The notes under the pieces were generated by a model that saw only the letters and a list, made by a program, of their open reading frames with translations, was not told where the DNA came from and ran no database searches. A stretch of 64,000 nucleotides of DNA from an uncultured Verrucomicrobiae bacterium (GTDB taxonomy: Bacteria; Verrucomicrobiota; Verrucomicrobiia; Limisphaerales; Palsa-1400), in the NCBI GenBank assembly GCA_963702845.1, contig OY969763.1:96001-160000 (forward strand), in the 5' to 3' direction. Below, piece by piece: positions 17,694 to 27,544 of the stretch. The translations under genes were made by a program, and so were the position numbers. Numbering within the stretch: the first letter of the stretch is position 1; the number at the start of each line of letters is the position of its first letter.

Positions 17694-18956
17694 ATGCAGG
17701 TTCATTTTCAACACTGGGATTACGAGATTCCGAGCGATTTACTCATGCGCTACGGCAGCCCGTTCTTTTCGAGGCCAGATGCGGGTGCGGCGTTAAGAGA
17801 GGCGCTAATACGCGGGGCTTCCCTCGTAGGGACTCACTCAATCCCAATTCGAGAGGCGCAGGTCATATGTTGCAACGAGGCTTTTCCGGAAGCCGCAGTG
17901 GCTGACCCTTTGGCTGATTTGCGCGTGTGGACTGAGTGGGAGAATGGGCATCGTGTGTTTCCATACCCCGGCCGTTTCAGCCGGCTCGGTCTAACCAAGC
18001 AGGAGGGAAAAACCTCCAGCCCATCGAGTGTCGGGGTCCTTGGCGAAATTCTTGCAGGTATATTCGCGCAATCGTTCATCGCGCCGCAGGTGTTGGTGCG
18101 TTGCATTCGTCATTGGCCGGACTTTATTTTTTATGCTGGCGGTGACATTTACTCATTCGTCGAATCGAAGGCGTTTACCGGTGCTTCTAAAGGGAACAAA
18201 TTGGTAGATCGCGTCCCTGATCCGCTGATTCGCGATGCGATGTGCGATGCAGTTCAGCAGTTAAATGCAGATCCACACCTGGAGATTTGGAGTTCTTTCA
18301 CTGGTGTCGTGGAAATTGACCCAGCTTTTTCGGTGACTGTAACAATGTTGCGGCTCTTTCCTTCGCAACAGCGCCGCAACGCAAACCCTCGGGCTATCTT
18401 ACCGCAACCGGTGGTGCGTGGAGTCGCTGAACGTGCGGTTGCGCTAGCGGCGCTCGGTCTTTCGGCAGAAGAGCTCCAGCTGCTCGGTAGCAAGGCTGGA
18501 AAGGGATTGTATTTCGTGCCGGGTACGAGAATTACGAAGGAAGATTTGCAGCGACTTGTACGCACGAATGCGTTAAAACAGGCCGAAATCGTGTTGGCAG
18601 AAATGGCTCAAGACGCAGCCGTCAGTGGATCGCGTCGGGACATCGAATCTGAGATCGAGCTTTTGATCCGAAACTATCGAGTGAATGAGTCATCTGTCGG
18701 AAAGCGATTTTTTGAGATTAAGCAAGGGGGCGAATTATCAGTCCTCCAGCGGGTGAGGAGAGCCGCTGATGAGTGGATATTCATGGCAAACTTAGCGGGA
18801 ACTGACCTCGCCCGCTTTGAAGCAAAGTGGCACGCGGATTGGAGTAAAGCGGGTGAGCCTGCGACGACCATTGATGGCCATGGCGCGTGGCGAGCTGGCG
18901 GCGCGGCGTACGTGTTAGGGCCAGCGAATATTGAAGGTTCCCCCGTTTTGCTTTGA
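17694..18956 (+). CDS. Putative PD-(D/E)xK nuclease, unclassified
   Basis: GVLGEILAG...WPDFIF...FVESKAF fits E...PD...ExK geometry. Confidence 0.65.
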   Translation: MQVHFQHWDYEIPSDLLMRYGSPFFSRPDAGAALREALIRGASLVGTHSIPIREAQVICCNEAFPEAAVADPLADLRVWTEWENGHRVFPYPGRFSRLGLTKQEGKTSSPSSVGVLGEILAGIFAQSFIAPQVLVRCIRHWPDFIFYAGGDIYSFVESKAFTGASKGNKLVDRVPDPLIRDAMCDAVQQLNADPHLEIWSSFTGVVEIDPAFSVTVTMLRLFPSQQRRNANPRAILPQPVVRGVAERAVALAALGLSAEELQLLGSKAGKGLYFVPGTRITKEDLQRLVRTNALKQAEIVLAEMAQDAAVSGSRRDIESEIELLIRNYRVNESSVGKRFFEIKQGGELSVLQRVRRAADEWIFMANLAGTDLARFEAKWHADWSKAGEPATTIDGHGAWRAGGAAYVLGPANIEGSPVLL

Positions 18957-18967
18957 TCATATCTAAG

Positions 18968-20098
18968 ATGATTTACCTCGATCACAATGCCACGACGCCT
19001 GTAGCACCGGAAGTTGTCGAAGCAATGATGCCGTATCTGACGGCTGAATGGGGCAATCCGTCGAGTAGCTACAAATTTGGAGCAAAGTTAAAATCAGTTG
19101 TCGAGGCAGCGCGGGGCCAGGTAGCTGAACTGCTGGGCGCGAACCCGGGCGAAGTGCTTTTCACGTCTTGCGCGACGGAAAGTAACAATGCTGCGATTCA
19201 CGCCGCGCTCAAGGCAAACCCTGGGAAGCGGCATATTATAACGTCGGCGGTCGAGCATTCATCCGTGCTTAATTACTGCATTGCGCTGGAAAAGGAGGGT
19301 GTCAAGGTCACCTACTTGCCTGTGGATCGCGAAGGTTTGCTCAAGATCGCAGACCTGGAAGCGGCGATCTCCGATGAAACGGCTGTGGTGTCGCTGATGT
19401 GGGCAAATAACGAAACTGGCGTCTTATTCCCATTACCGGCAATTGCTGATGTGTGTAAAGCGCGAGGCGTATCATTCCACTGCGATGCGGTTCAGGCTGC
19501 GGGCAAGGTGGAGATCAATTTGCAGAAGGTCCCAGTCGATTACCTATCGGTGACTGGACACAAATTCGGCGCGCCTAAAGGAATCGGGGCGCTATTTGTG
19601 CGTCGCAAAGTGCCATTCTCGCCGCTAATCCACGGCGGACATCAAGAGCGAGGACGTCGCGGAGGCACGGAAGCGATGCCGTTGCTGGTCGGCTTGGGCA
19701 AGGCGGCAGAACTGGCGCGCAAGAAACTGTCTGATTATAACGGGCTGGTCCGCCCGCTCCGAGACGCATTGGAGTGCGGGATTCTGTCTTCGGTTCCCTA
19801 CACAGAGTTAAATGGTCACAAGATCCATCGCCTTGCGAATACCACAAATATTACCTTCCAAGGCATAGAATCTGAGGCGTTATTAATGTTATTAGATCAG
19901 GAAGGAATTTGTGCTTCGTCGGGTTCAGCGTGCTTAGCTGATTCGAGCGAGGCGTCCCATGTTATCAAAGCCATGAAGCCCGACACACGCTCTTCACGTC
20001 AGATGGTTCGATTTTCTTTCGGGTGTCAGCATTCAGAATTGGACGTGGAACAAACCCTCGCTAAAATAAATACCGCCGTAAGCGCCTTGCGCCCATGA
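18968..20098 (+). CDS. dndA: Cysteine desulfurase (DndA/IscS-like)
   Basis: IYLDHNATT, GNPSS, HCDAVQ, GHKFGAPKG (PLP lysine), SSGSAC; symbol assigned from dnd context. Confidence 0.88.
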   Translation: MIYLDHNATTPVAPEVVEAMMPYLTAEWGNPSSSYKFGAKLKSVVEAARGQVAELLGANPGEVLFTSCATESNNAAIHAALKANPGKRHIITSAVEHSSVLNYCIALEKEGVKVTYLPVDREGLLKIADLEAAISDETAVVSLMWANNETGVLFPLPAIADVCKARGVSFHCDAVQAAGKVEINLQKVPVDYLSVTGHKFGAPKGIGALFVRRKVPFSPLIHGGHQERGRRGGTEAMPLLVGLGKAAELARKKLSDYNGLVRPLRDALECGILSSVPYTELNGHKIHRLANTTNITFQGIESEALLMLLDQEGICASSGSACLADSSEASHVIKAMKPDTRSSRQMVRFSFGCQHSELDVEQTLAKINTAVSALRP

Positions 20099-20117
20099 GC
20101 TTTGCTGGTGGAGTGCA

Positions 20118-21395
20118 TCATGTTATTAAGCCACCCATGCCAATCAATTTCTCTTTCAGTGTATTTTGCATCACGCCAAGCTTTTCGATCTCCTTGGGGG
20201 TGAACATCTCCGCTCTAAATTTCGCGTATAGGTCGTTTTGAATTCCGCCACCACCGGTTTTCGGCGGGTTTGCCACGTCGTCGGGCGGAGCCTTGCGCCA
20301 TCTTTCCACTACAAGCTTATAGCTGTCCATCAACTGTTCGGGTCCGCCTGCCAAGAGGATGTCGTCGTGCAAGATCCGCATGATTACGGCAACCCCATTA
20401 TTTTTCCACAGGAGGGATCTTGAATTTGCAAATTGATCAACCAATGCAGCCTGAATAGCGCGAATGTACAGAATAAGTAGCGACGCGCATCCTGCTGGAT
20501 CAGATTCTTTGAAAAAGCTGTAGAGTAGTGGCAAAACTTTTAAACGGCGTGTGAAGGTTTTGGGTTCAACTAGGGCTGCTAAGTATTCGACGACTGCTGC
20601 CTGCGAGATGAGGCCGACATCTCCGGGCCCTCGCATCTTGATCTTGGCCTGCCACGGGGACTCCTCGAAGCGATTGAGGATGCGCGCCACGTGACTGCAG
20701 AACCGTGAAACTGCCATTAGTCCTTCGTAAAGTTTTTCGTCTTTCGTCCCGCCGAGTGGAGCATACCCAAACAGGTCAAAGATAATCGATCTGTTAACCG
20801 GCTTCTGCCGGCCGTTGATAACGGCAAAGATCTCGGCCTGTTGGTAGAATGGTATTTCCACGAGGAATGTCACGACAACGCTCATTCGGCTGCGGATTTC
20901 ATTTTTCAGGTATCGAAATCCTTCAACCCGATGTTGTCCGTCTAGAATAACCGCTGATTTCTCCTCTCTCGGCAACACGATCGTTAGGTGGCCGTTGGCA
21001 CCGGATTTGATGATTTCGGGCTCATCAAAGCCAAGGTCAACGGCCAGAATTATCGAATTGGGGAGAAGGGCATCCGGTTGTTCAAGATACTCAGCAATCT
21101 TTTGCGCTCTCTTAGCATCGACGAAGCGCTGGTATTGTTGTCGGGGTTCTTCGCTCAAGAGTTCCTCGGCTCGGCGTTGAAATTTTGGCGAATCGAGCGC
21201 GCTAATCAGCTTATCTAGTTGGTCCTCTTTCAGTTCAACCGGTTGGAACGATTCACGCGCGAATACGCCCGTTTCGACTGGCTTATAGAGCGGGCGGCAA
21301 ATGCATAGCAGATCGTTTACGGGGACGGTTGCCACGTAGAATGTTGCCGCAGGCTGAGAAACGCGAAGAATAGGTGCTCGGAATGGTATTTTCAT
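20118..21395 (-). CDS. DGQHR-domain protein (DndB-related)
   Basis: YQR, LPNSIILA, ILDGQHR, FAVINGRQKPV. Confidence 0.9.
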   Translation of the reverse strand: MKIPFRAPILRVSQPAATFYVATVPVNDLLCICRPLYKPVETGVFARESFQPVELKEDQLDKLISALDSPKFQRRAEELLSEEPRQQYQRFVDAKRAQKIAEYLEQPDALLPNSIILAVDLGFDEPEIIKSGANGHLTIVLPREEKSAVILDGQHRVEGFRYLKNEIRSRMSVVVTFLVEIPFYQQAEIFAVINGRQKPVNRSIIFDLFGYAPLGGTKDEKLYEGLMAVSRFCSHVARILNRFEESPWQAKIKMRGPGDVGLISQAAVVEYLAALVEPKTFTRRLKVLPLLYSFFKESDPAGCASLLILYIRAIQAALVDQFANSRSLLWKNNGVAVIMRILHDDILLAGGPEQLMDSYKLVVERWRKAPPDDVANPPKTGGGGIQNDLYAKFRAEMFTPKEIEKLGVMQNTLKEKLIGMGGLIT

Positions 21396-22225
21396 AACGT
21401 GCCAGCCCTTTTTTCTCCGTTTCCGAGCTTTCCTTTCAGCCTTTCCTTTACTTCGTCCGTATCTTCTCTCGAAAGAGCGTCACCCAGTGGTGCTGGGCCG
21501 CTTGCTTCAGTAGTAATAGCCACTTCTGGACCAGGCGGAGCCGTTTCTTCACCAAGTTTTGTCCGTAACTTCGCCTGAAGCTGGTCAATGTCAGTTAGCG
21601 CTTTCTCGAGAACAGCTCGGGTGCTGTCAATTTCTGATTCATGCTGGCCCGCTCGCCGCGCACTTTTTTCCGCGTCGTCAGCTTGCTCTTTAGCTTGCGT
21701 CCGAATCTTCTCGAGCTCCTTAACGGCTTTATCTCGGAAGTCTTCCCATTCCGCACGCCATTGCGCGTCGGCCCTAGCAATACGTTTGCGATACTCATCA
21801 TTGAAGTCGCGGAGACTTTTGAATGCAAACCAACCGACGACGCCTGCTCCCAGACTCACGATGCTTGCCAGAATTCCGATCCACCAGCCAAAGCCTTGAA
21901 AGACGCTCGCTACTTTATCGACGGTCTTATTATTCGCTTCGACCGCATCCTTAAATAAAAGGTGCGTGTCTTCTTTTTTTGGAGCCAACTCGCTGGCAAT
22001 CGTTGCGGTAGTTTGTGTGGTCTGTTTTTCCAGCATAGCCAACCGGGCTAGCAGTTGCTTCCAATCTGCTTCAGTAGAGGGACTGCTGGCCTTCGTCGGT
22101 GGTAATGCAGCAGGCGATATTTGTGGCTTCAGTGGTGGCGCGGCCGCAGGGTTCGTCGGTTGAGCAACAAGGAAATGACAATTCAATCCTATGGCTACAA
22201 CCGCTAAAGATTTTAACAATTTCAT
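21392..22225 (-). CDS. Signal-peptide, single-TM, coiled-coil membrane protein
   Basis: Signal-like N-terminus, TM GWWIGILASIVSLGAGVVGWF, charged coiled coil; ATGA-coupled to DGQHR gene. Confidence 0.8.
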   Translation of the reverse strand: MKLLKSLAVVAIGLNCHFLVAQPTNPAAAPPLKPQISPAALPPTKASSPSTEADWKQLLARLAMLEKQTTQTTATIASELAPKKEDTHLLFKDAVEANNKTVDKVASVFQGFGWWIGILASIVSLGAGVVGWFAFKSLRDFNDEYRKRIARADAQWRAEWEDFRDKAVKELEKIRTQAKEQADDAEKSARRAGQHESEIDSTRAVLEKALTDIDQLQAKLRTKLGEETAPPGPEVAITTEASGPAPLGDALSREDTDEVKERLKGKLGNGEKRAGTL

Positions 22226-22271
22226 TGTTTCCCAAATTTGTTTTTCGTTTACGAATTCTGAAGCCGTCAGC

Positions 22272-23831
22272 TCATTTTCCTATGCTGTCGGGCTTCCAAC
22301 ACTTTATTCGCATAGCCTGCCTGCCAGGCAATTTGGCGAAAGCAACGCCGGTTTCCAAATATGCGTCACCGAACTCTTCTGCCTGCAATTTCCTTCCATA
22401 CACACCCTGTAGTGAACGCAAGCCACGTTGGGTTTGGTTACAATAAAATGAAATGACCGCGCCAAGTTGGGTGGTGAAGTCGTAACTCTGGCCTTCAAAA
22501 TCGCTTGGGTCTTGAGACAGCAGCATCACAGATAAACCCTTGGCGGCGCTTCGTGTAACTAACTGGACAATCGATTCCGATTTTTTTTCCTGCAATATTT
22601 TGCGGGCTTCATCAATAACCACAACTTGTCGCATTTGTCGAAAACCACCGCGTAATGGCGCTTCAGACAAGGCGAGAAAGTGCATCGCCGTGGCATCCAG
22701 CAATAACAACATGACCAAGCGCTTCAATTCTTCAGATTTTATATGCTGTAGGCTGACAACCCACGAGCGGGAGAAGAAGTCTGCAGCCGTCATGGTTGGT
22801 GCGAAACAGCGAAGACGTGTAAGCTCGTCCAACCGCGCGGCAATGCTGTCAATCACTTCACCGTCAATTTGTAAGCGCTGTTCGTATGTTTCCTTAATTG
22901 AGGAGAGGCTGCGATCATCACCCGTGGTAATCACTTGTTCGATAGACTGCAGGAGTCGAGACTGCATTAAATTGCCAGGAGATTTACAGCAAAGGCAAAT
23001 GCTGTCGCGCAGAGTCATTGATGCATTTTGAACGGCTACATGGCCAACGTGAGGACTGGGCAAGAAGTCTAAAGGGATTGGGTGCAGCCCAACCTCTATT
23101 GGCTGTATCTCGACTGGCCAGGCGGGAAATTTATCATTTAATTTTCCGTCAGTGATAAAGGTGCCTTGGGGATCAATCAGCAACATCGGCGCGCGTGATT
23201 GCTCAACAATGCTTTGCGCCATCTGGATGCCGGTTGTGGTTTTACCGCTTCGGGTTCTTCCCATTAGTGCCAGGTGGGGAGAATTGCCCGGGCCGTTTAA
23301 ACAAAAGTCAACGGGCTCCTTGCTGTCGAATGTTTGACTGACAGGGCCGATTTTCACCCTTATTTCGCCGGGGTGCGCACTGCCAGTAACGTGAGGCGCA
23401 GTTCCTCCTCCGCTAACTTCAGGAAGGAATTCAGCCAATTTAGTAATGAGCCGTGCTTCGTCGCCGCCACAATCGTCCCAATCCTGCTTTATCAGTTTTG
23501 CGCCCCGGGCCCAGTGCGCTTCAATGTGCGGACGCAAATGTTCAACGGCCGCGCCTTCGCTGATATTCGCATCAAGAATTAGAGCGCACAACCAGAGGTC
23601 AAGATCGTCGCCAAAAAGGAGCTCACCAGGCAACGGTTTGGCATATTGGGTTTCCGACGACAATGCTGGCGGCGGGGTTGGGTCGGCAAGCGATCGGCCG
23701 ATTAGTAAACGAGCGGCATCATAACGATGGGAAAGGCCAAATTTTGTGCGAAGCTTTTCCTCAACCTCGAACGCCTCCTGGCTCGGTTTGAACAACCCTT
23801 TCCAAACTGCTTCTTTGAATTCAATATTCAT
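22272..23831 (-). CDS. DndE-like domain fused to HerA/FtsK-type ATPase
   Basis: N-term ARLLIGRSLADPTPP...LFG...EAHWARG (DndE-like); C-term PHLALMGRTRSGKT, LLIDPQG, VVIDEA, LLSQDPSDF. Confidence 0.75.
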   Translation of the reverse strand: MNIEFKEAVWKGLFKPSQEAFEVEEKLRTKFGLSHRYDAARLLIGRSLADPTPPPALSSETQYAKPLPGELLFGDDLDLWLCALILDANISEGAAVEHLRPHIEAHWARGAKLIKQDWDDCGGDEARLITKLAEFLPEVSGGGTAPHVTGSAHPGEIRVKIGPVSQTFDSKEPVDFCLNGPGNSPHLALMGRTRSGKTTTGIQMAQSIVEQSRAPMLLIDPQGTFITDGKLNDKFPAWPVEIQPIEVGLHPIPLDFLPSPHVGHVAVQNASMTLRDSICLCCKSPGNLMQSRLLQSIEQVITTGDDRSLSSIKETYEQRLQIDGEVIDSIAARLDELTRLRCFAPTMTAADFFSRSWVVSLQHIKSEELKRLVMLLLLDATAMHFLALSEAPLRGGFRQMRQVVVIDEARKILQEKKSESIVQLVTRSAAKGLSVMLLSQDPSDFEGQSYDFTTQLGAVISFYCNQTQRGLRSLQGVYGRKLQAEEFGDAYLETGVAFAKLPGRQAMRIKCWKPDSIGK

Positions 23832-23837
23832 GGCTTC

Positions 23838-25907
23838 TCAAAAAAAGAAACGATTCGGGTGAACAATGGACCGCTTGTCGGATTCAACGAATTCAACAAG
23901 GAACTTCTGGCAAACGTGTTCTTCAATGTGTTCGAGCAGGTCATGGGTTACTTCGCGATCGTGAGTCAGAACGATAACCTGATCGCAGTCGAAACGGCGC
24001 AGGGCATCAAGTGTGCGCGGACGGTATTTGGAATCTGCGTTGCCCAAGGGAGTATCAATCACCAACGGCACGCGTCGGCGAGTGATTTCCGCCAGCGCTA
24101 ATGAAAACGCAATTCCAAATGATCGCCGTTCGAATCCGCTCATGGAACTTAGCAATGCTTTAGGGCTGCGGCCGTCAAAATGCAGATGCGGCTCACCGTC
24201 GTGGGTAAATGCGACGCGTCCGCCTTTGAATCGCTGGTCAGCGATAGCGAGGAAATGTTTTGTCACATGCTCTTCTAGTCGCTGTGTTGTCACTGGCTTG
24301 AGTTGTTCGGTAAGCGCTTCGACAGCGCGCGCTACACGGTCAGCCACAGCAATTCGCCGCTGTTCGGGCTCAAGTCGTGCCAGTTCTTCGCGCAACCGAC
24401 CAATCTCAGCAGATAAATCCTGATAATCGGCTTTCCATTTCTTGATTTCATTTTCCGCGGTAGAAATGCGGCGGATGGCTTCGTCCATCTGCTCGTCGAG
24501 GCGTTTGATACGCTCTGTTAAAGTCTTAGTTTCTTCAGATTGATTACCAAGCCGAACATGCCGCGCCTTGGCATCTTCAAAGCTTTCACGAGCGTCGCGT
24601 AACGTTTTTGCCACAGCGCGAACGTGATCAAAGGCGAAACTTTTGGTTTCATTAAGGCGGTTGAGCAATCGCGCACGTTGTTGACCGCGAATATGACCAA
24701 GCACAAAATGCTCTGCGGTATCAGGATCTGGTGGTTCGTAAATAGCCTGTAATGCAGTCAAAATCCTTTGCTTAACTTTTTCGCGCGTGTCTGCGGAGAT
24801 GTTGCCAAGCAACGGATCTCGATCTGGTGGCTCAGGCATGGCCTCCGCCAAAACCCTCTCCCGCTTGTCGAGCGTTCCCTGCCGCAGGTTTTCGTATTCT
24901 TCGCGCAGTTGTTCTTTGCGCAAACGCCGCCTAATTGAAGGATCCAGTCGGCTCACTGCGAGCACCAACCCGATTTGATTTGCAAGCTCGGTAACTGCTG
25001 CTTCGGCAGAGATTTTTTTGGCTTCGGCATCCTTGAACGCTTTATTGACGCGTTCAGTATCAGCAGCCCCGCCACCACCGGCGCGAACTAAATCATCACG
25101 ACGTTGGTTGCGTTCTCGATCCAACTCGTCTCGTTGCTGGTTTAATTCTTCCAGCTCACCTTCACGCCGGCCAATAAGTTTGTTGAGTTCGGTTTGACGG
25201 CTGATTTTTTGATTTAGAATTTCCTGTTTCTCGGAAGTTTTTTGCTTTCCGCCCAATGCCCCGTGAGATCGGGTGAGGTAGGTTCGAACTTGACTCTGTA
25301 ATTCCGATAATATGCTTGCGCCGAACATGGTGTTGACTGCCTTGCGGATACCCTCTTCCCCAGCGCCTTCAATCAGCGCTTGTGCTTGTTCGCCATCAAA
25401 GAAGAATGCCGGGCACACATGGGCAGGAAATAGTTCTTTCTCGATACGCTCGTTAGCAAGAATTGCTTCCATACGCCGAACGATTCGATCGCCAACATGG
25501 ATTTCCAATTCTTCAAATCCATCACCTATGCGGGGGGTATTTGCGCTTGTAAAATACCACCGGCGGATAATTCGCACCTCCTGCTCATCCCGATCATTCA
25601 AGGTTGGCGTAAAAGTGATATCAATCACGGTCGGCTCATCAGGGTCGGCGGTAGAGCGCCGGAATTTGGCGATAGCCTTACGGTAGGAGTTGATGTCGTT
25701 TTCGGCGATGGTACGAAAGCCTTCACAATGCCGTAGTCCGAAAGAGCCAAACAGGCCGAGATACAGTGAGATTAGGAAGCTGGTTTTGCCATGGCCATTC
25801 ATCGCCCCGATCAAAACAACGGGGCGTCTTTCCGTCGGACGTTTGAAGTCAAAATTCGCGTCTGAGTAACTACGCCAGTTGGTCAAATGAAGTTTCGATA
25901 AATACAT
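23838..25907 (-). CDS. dndD: DndD, SMC-like ABC ATPase
   Basis: GAMNGHGKTS, FFFDGE, long coiled coil, MSGFER, VIDTPLG, LTHDRE. Confidence 0.88.
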   Translation of the reverse strand: MYLSKLHLTNWRSYSDANFDFKRPTERRPVVLIGAMNGHGKTSFLISLYLGLFGSFGLRHCEGFRTIAENDINSYRKAIAKFRRSTADPDEPTVIDITFTPTLNDRDEQEVRIIRRWYFTSANTPRIGDGFEELEIHVGDRIVRRMEAILANERIEKELFPAHVCPAFFFDGEQAQALIEGAGEEGIRKAVNTMFGASILSELQSQVRTYLTRSHGALGGKQKTSEKQEILNQKISRQTELNKLIGRREGELEELNQQRDELDRERNQRRDDLVRAGGGGAADTERVNKAFKDAEAKKISAEAAVTELANQIGLVLAVSRLDPSIRRRLRKEQLREEYENLRQGTLDKRERVLAEAMPEPPDRDPLLGNISADTREKVKQRILTALQAIYEPPDPDTAEHFVLGHIRGQQRARLLNRLNETKSFAFDHVRAVAKTLRDARESFEDAKARHVRLGNQSEETKTLTERIKRLDEQMDEAIRRISTAENEIKKWKADYQDLSAEIGRLREELARLEPEQRRIAVADRVARAVEALTEQLKPVTTQRLEEHVTKHFLAIADQRFKGGRVAFTHDGEPHLHFDGRSPKALLSSMSGFERRSFGIAFSLALAEITRRRVPLVIDTPLGNADSKYRPRTLDALRRFDCDQVIVLTHDREVTHDLLEHIEEHVCQKFLVEFVESDKRSIVHPNRFFF

Positions 25908-25910
25908 AGA

Positions 25911-26114
25911 TCACAGGTTTGGTCTGCGTTCCAGGAAACGGTCAATACAACCAGCAATATCGGCATCCACACCGTCTTTGCGTCCGGCGCCTGAATGCGC
26001 TTGCATGACTTCGCAGAGGTCTTTTAAGAGAGCCATATCTATTTGCGTCTCACGGCAAAGATTCTGGATAAGCTTTTTTGTTTCCTGATCTTCAAAGGCT
26101 GGTAATGGTCTCAT
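25911..26114 (-). CDS. Small Dnd-associated protein, resembles detached DndC C-terminal helices
   Basis: LIQNLC...LLKDL...HSGAGRKDG...I between dndC and dndD. Confidence 0.65.
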   Translation of the reverse strand: MRPLPAFEDQETKKLIQNLCRETQIDMALLKDLCEVMQAHSGAGRKDGVDADIAGCIDRFLERRPNL

Positions 26115-26134
26115 TCGATTTATCACTTCTTTTT

Positions 26135-27247
26135 TTAAGCGTTCATTTCACGCAGAATGTCCTGTGTCTGGTCCTTCTCCCACTGTTCCCGGATTAGACG
26201 CACTTCATGCTCAGTAATTAACGGTTCGTTGGTTTGTTCGCGAAGAGCGATTAGCTCACCAAGGAGCATCTGGCGAACTTCTATCGTTAATGGGCCAAGG
26301 CCAGGCTGCCCATTGCGCCGGATTTTGCTGCGACAATCAGGCGTTTCCGAAAGTTTCTTTAATCGGTCTCGAAATTTGGCAAGAGGCTCAAGATATTCGT
26401 GCCCATTGTCTATGAGAGCATCGAGCGAACGGTCTTTTTCGATCACAGTGCATGTCCAACAACCAAACCGAGCCGAGGAAGTTCCGCAGGACGGTGCATC
26501 GCCGGTTGTCATGACAAACGGACATTCGCCGCCACTGGCATCTTTGTAGAGTGATATCAGTTCCTGATATGTCCCCCCCCAAGGCGGACGATTTTGTTTG
26601 AGCGTAATCCAAACGTCATCATTCGTGAGTTCTTTAAGTGGCGAAAACACCCAAACACCCTTGTGATCGGGGTGCGGGGCTAAGCGGTCTCCGGAACCAC
26701 CTTCATTTCTGGATATGCTGCCTGCACGGGCTGCCGACTCAGACCGCCTTACTCCGAGCAGCAAAACAGCTTCGTCATTTTCGCTTACGATCTCACGGAT
26801 GAATCGCGAAGTAGGACGAATCTTCATCCGGTCGGTGCACCATCGAAAGGTCCGATTCGGTGCTGGGTACCCCTTGCCCAGCAAATTCACCCAAAAGCTT
26901 TCCTCTGGAAGTGGATTTGTCCGAATAATTTTGACCGGCACGTTTAACGGTTCGAGGTTGTCTTCCAGTTGAGAAAGCAGCCGATCAACGAAATTTTGAA
27001 ATACAGGCGACTCAACAAGGGTGTTATTGCTTACAACATAGACGGCGCGCTTGCGGTCATCCGGAGCAACCTGCCTGATGGCCTCCATCACAAGATGCAA
27101 TAGGAGTGTTGAATCTTTCCCCCCGGAAAACCCAATAATCCACGGCTTACCGTGCGGCTGGAGATACTCGTCTCTTAGCTCACGGCGGATGGCTTTAAGC
27201 TTTTCAGCGTATACTGTGCTCGGTGATTCTAGCAGTTCTGTTTGCAT
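26135..27247 (-). CDS. dndC: DndC, PAPS-reductase-family sulfurtransferase
   Basis: PWIIGFSGGKDS, NTLVE, FWVNLLGKGYPAP, RWCTDRMKI, GVRRSES, RFGCWTCT. Confidence 0.95.
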   Translation of the reverse strand: MQTELLESPSTVYAEKLKAIRRELRDEYLQPHGKPWIIGFSGGKDSTLLLHLVMEAIRQVAPDDRKRAVYVVSNNTLVESPVFQNFVDRLLSQLEDNLEPLNVPVKIIRTNPLPEESFWVNLLGKGYPAPNRTFRWCTDRMKIRPTSRFIREIVSENDEAVLLLGVRRSESAARAGSISRNEGGSGDRLAPHPDHKGVWVFSPLKELTNDDVWITLKQNRPPWGGTYQELISLYKDASGGECPFVMTTGDAPSCGTSSARFGCWTCTVIEKDRSLDALIDNGHEYLEPLAKFRDRLKKLSETPDCRSKIRRNGQPGLGPLTIEVRQMLLGELIALREQTNEPLITEHEVRLIREQWEKDQTQDILREMNA

Positions 27248-27544
27248 TGTTCAGACTACTGCCGAGTAGGAAAACAGACTATCGAGCATGCCATTGTTTG
27301 CCGAGGCTCAGTTAAGGTGCAAATCATAGGGTGAGGCTACCGAGAAAAGGGTGGGATGGGCAAGAGGCATGGTTGATAAATGCAAATCGTAGTCGCATCT
27401 TCCTCCTTGTCTTTTTTTGCCCTCGTGTTGCCGAGATCCAGTTGCGATGACTTTTTTCAAAAGTGAGATGCTTAAGATTGGCGGTGCCGGCGCTAATGGC
27501 AAGCGTTTGCTATTCCGACGTGTTCGCACAGCGCGATACGAGTA

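Noticed and set aside
22272..23831. Canonical DndH or conjugative VirB4/coupling protein
   Set aside because: Much shorter than DndH, no dndF/dndG, and no T4SS or relaxase genes in the element
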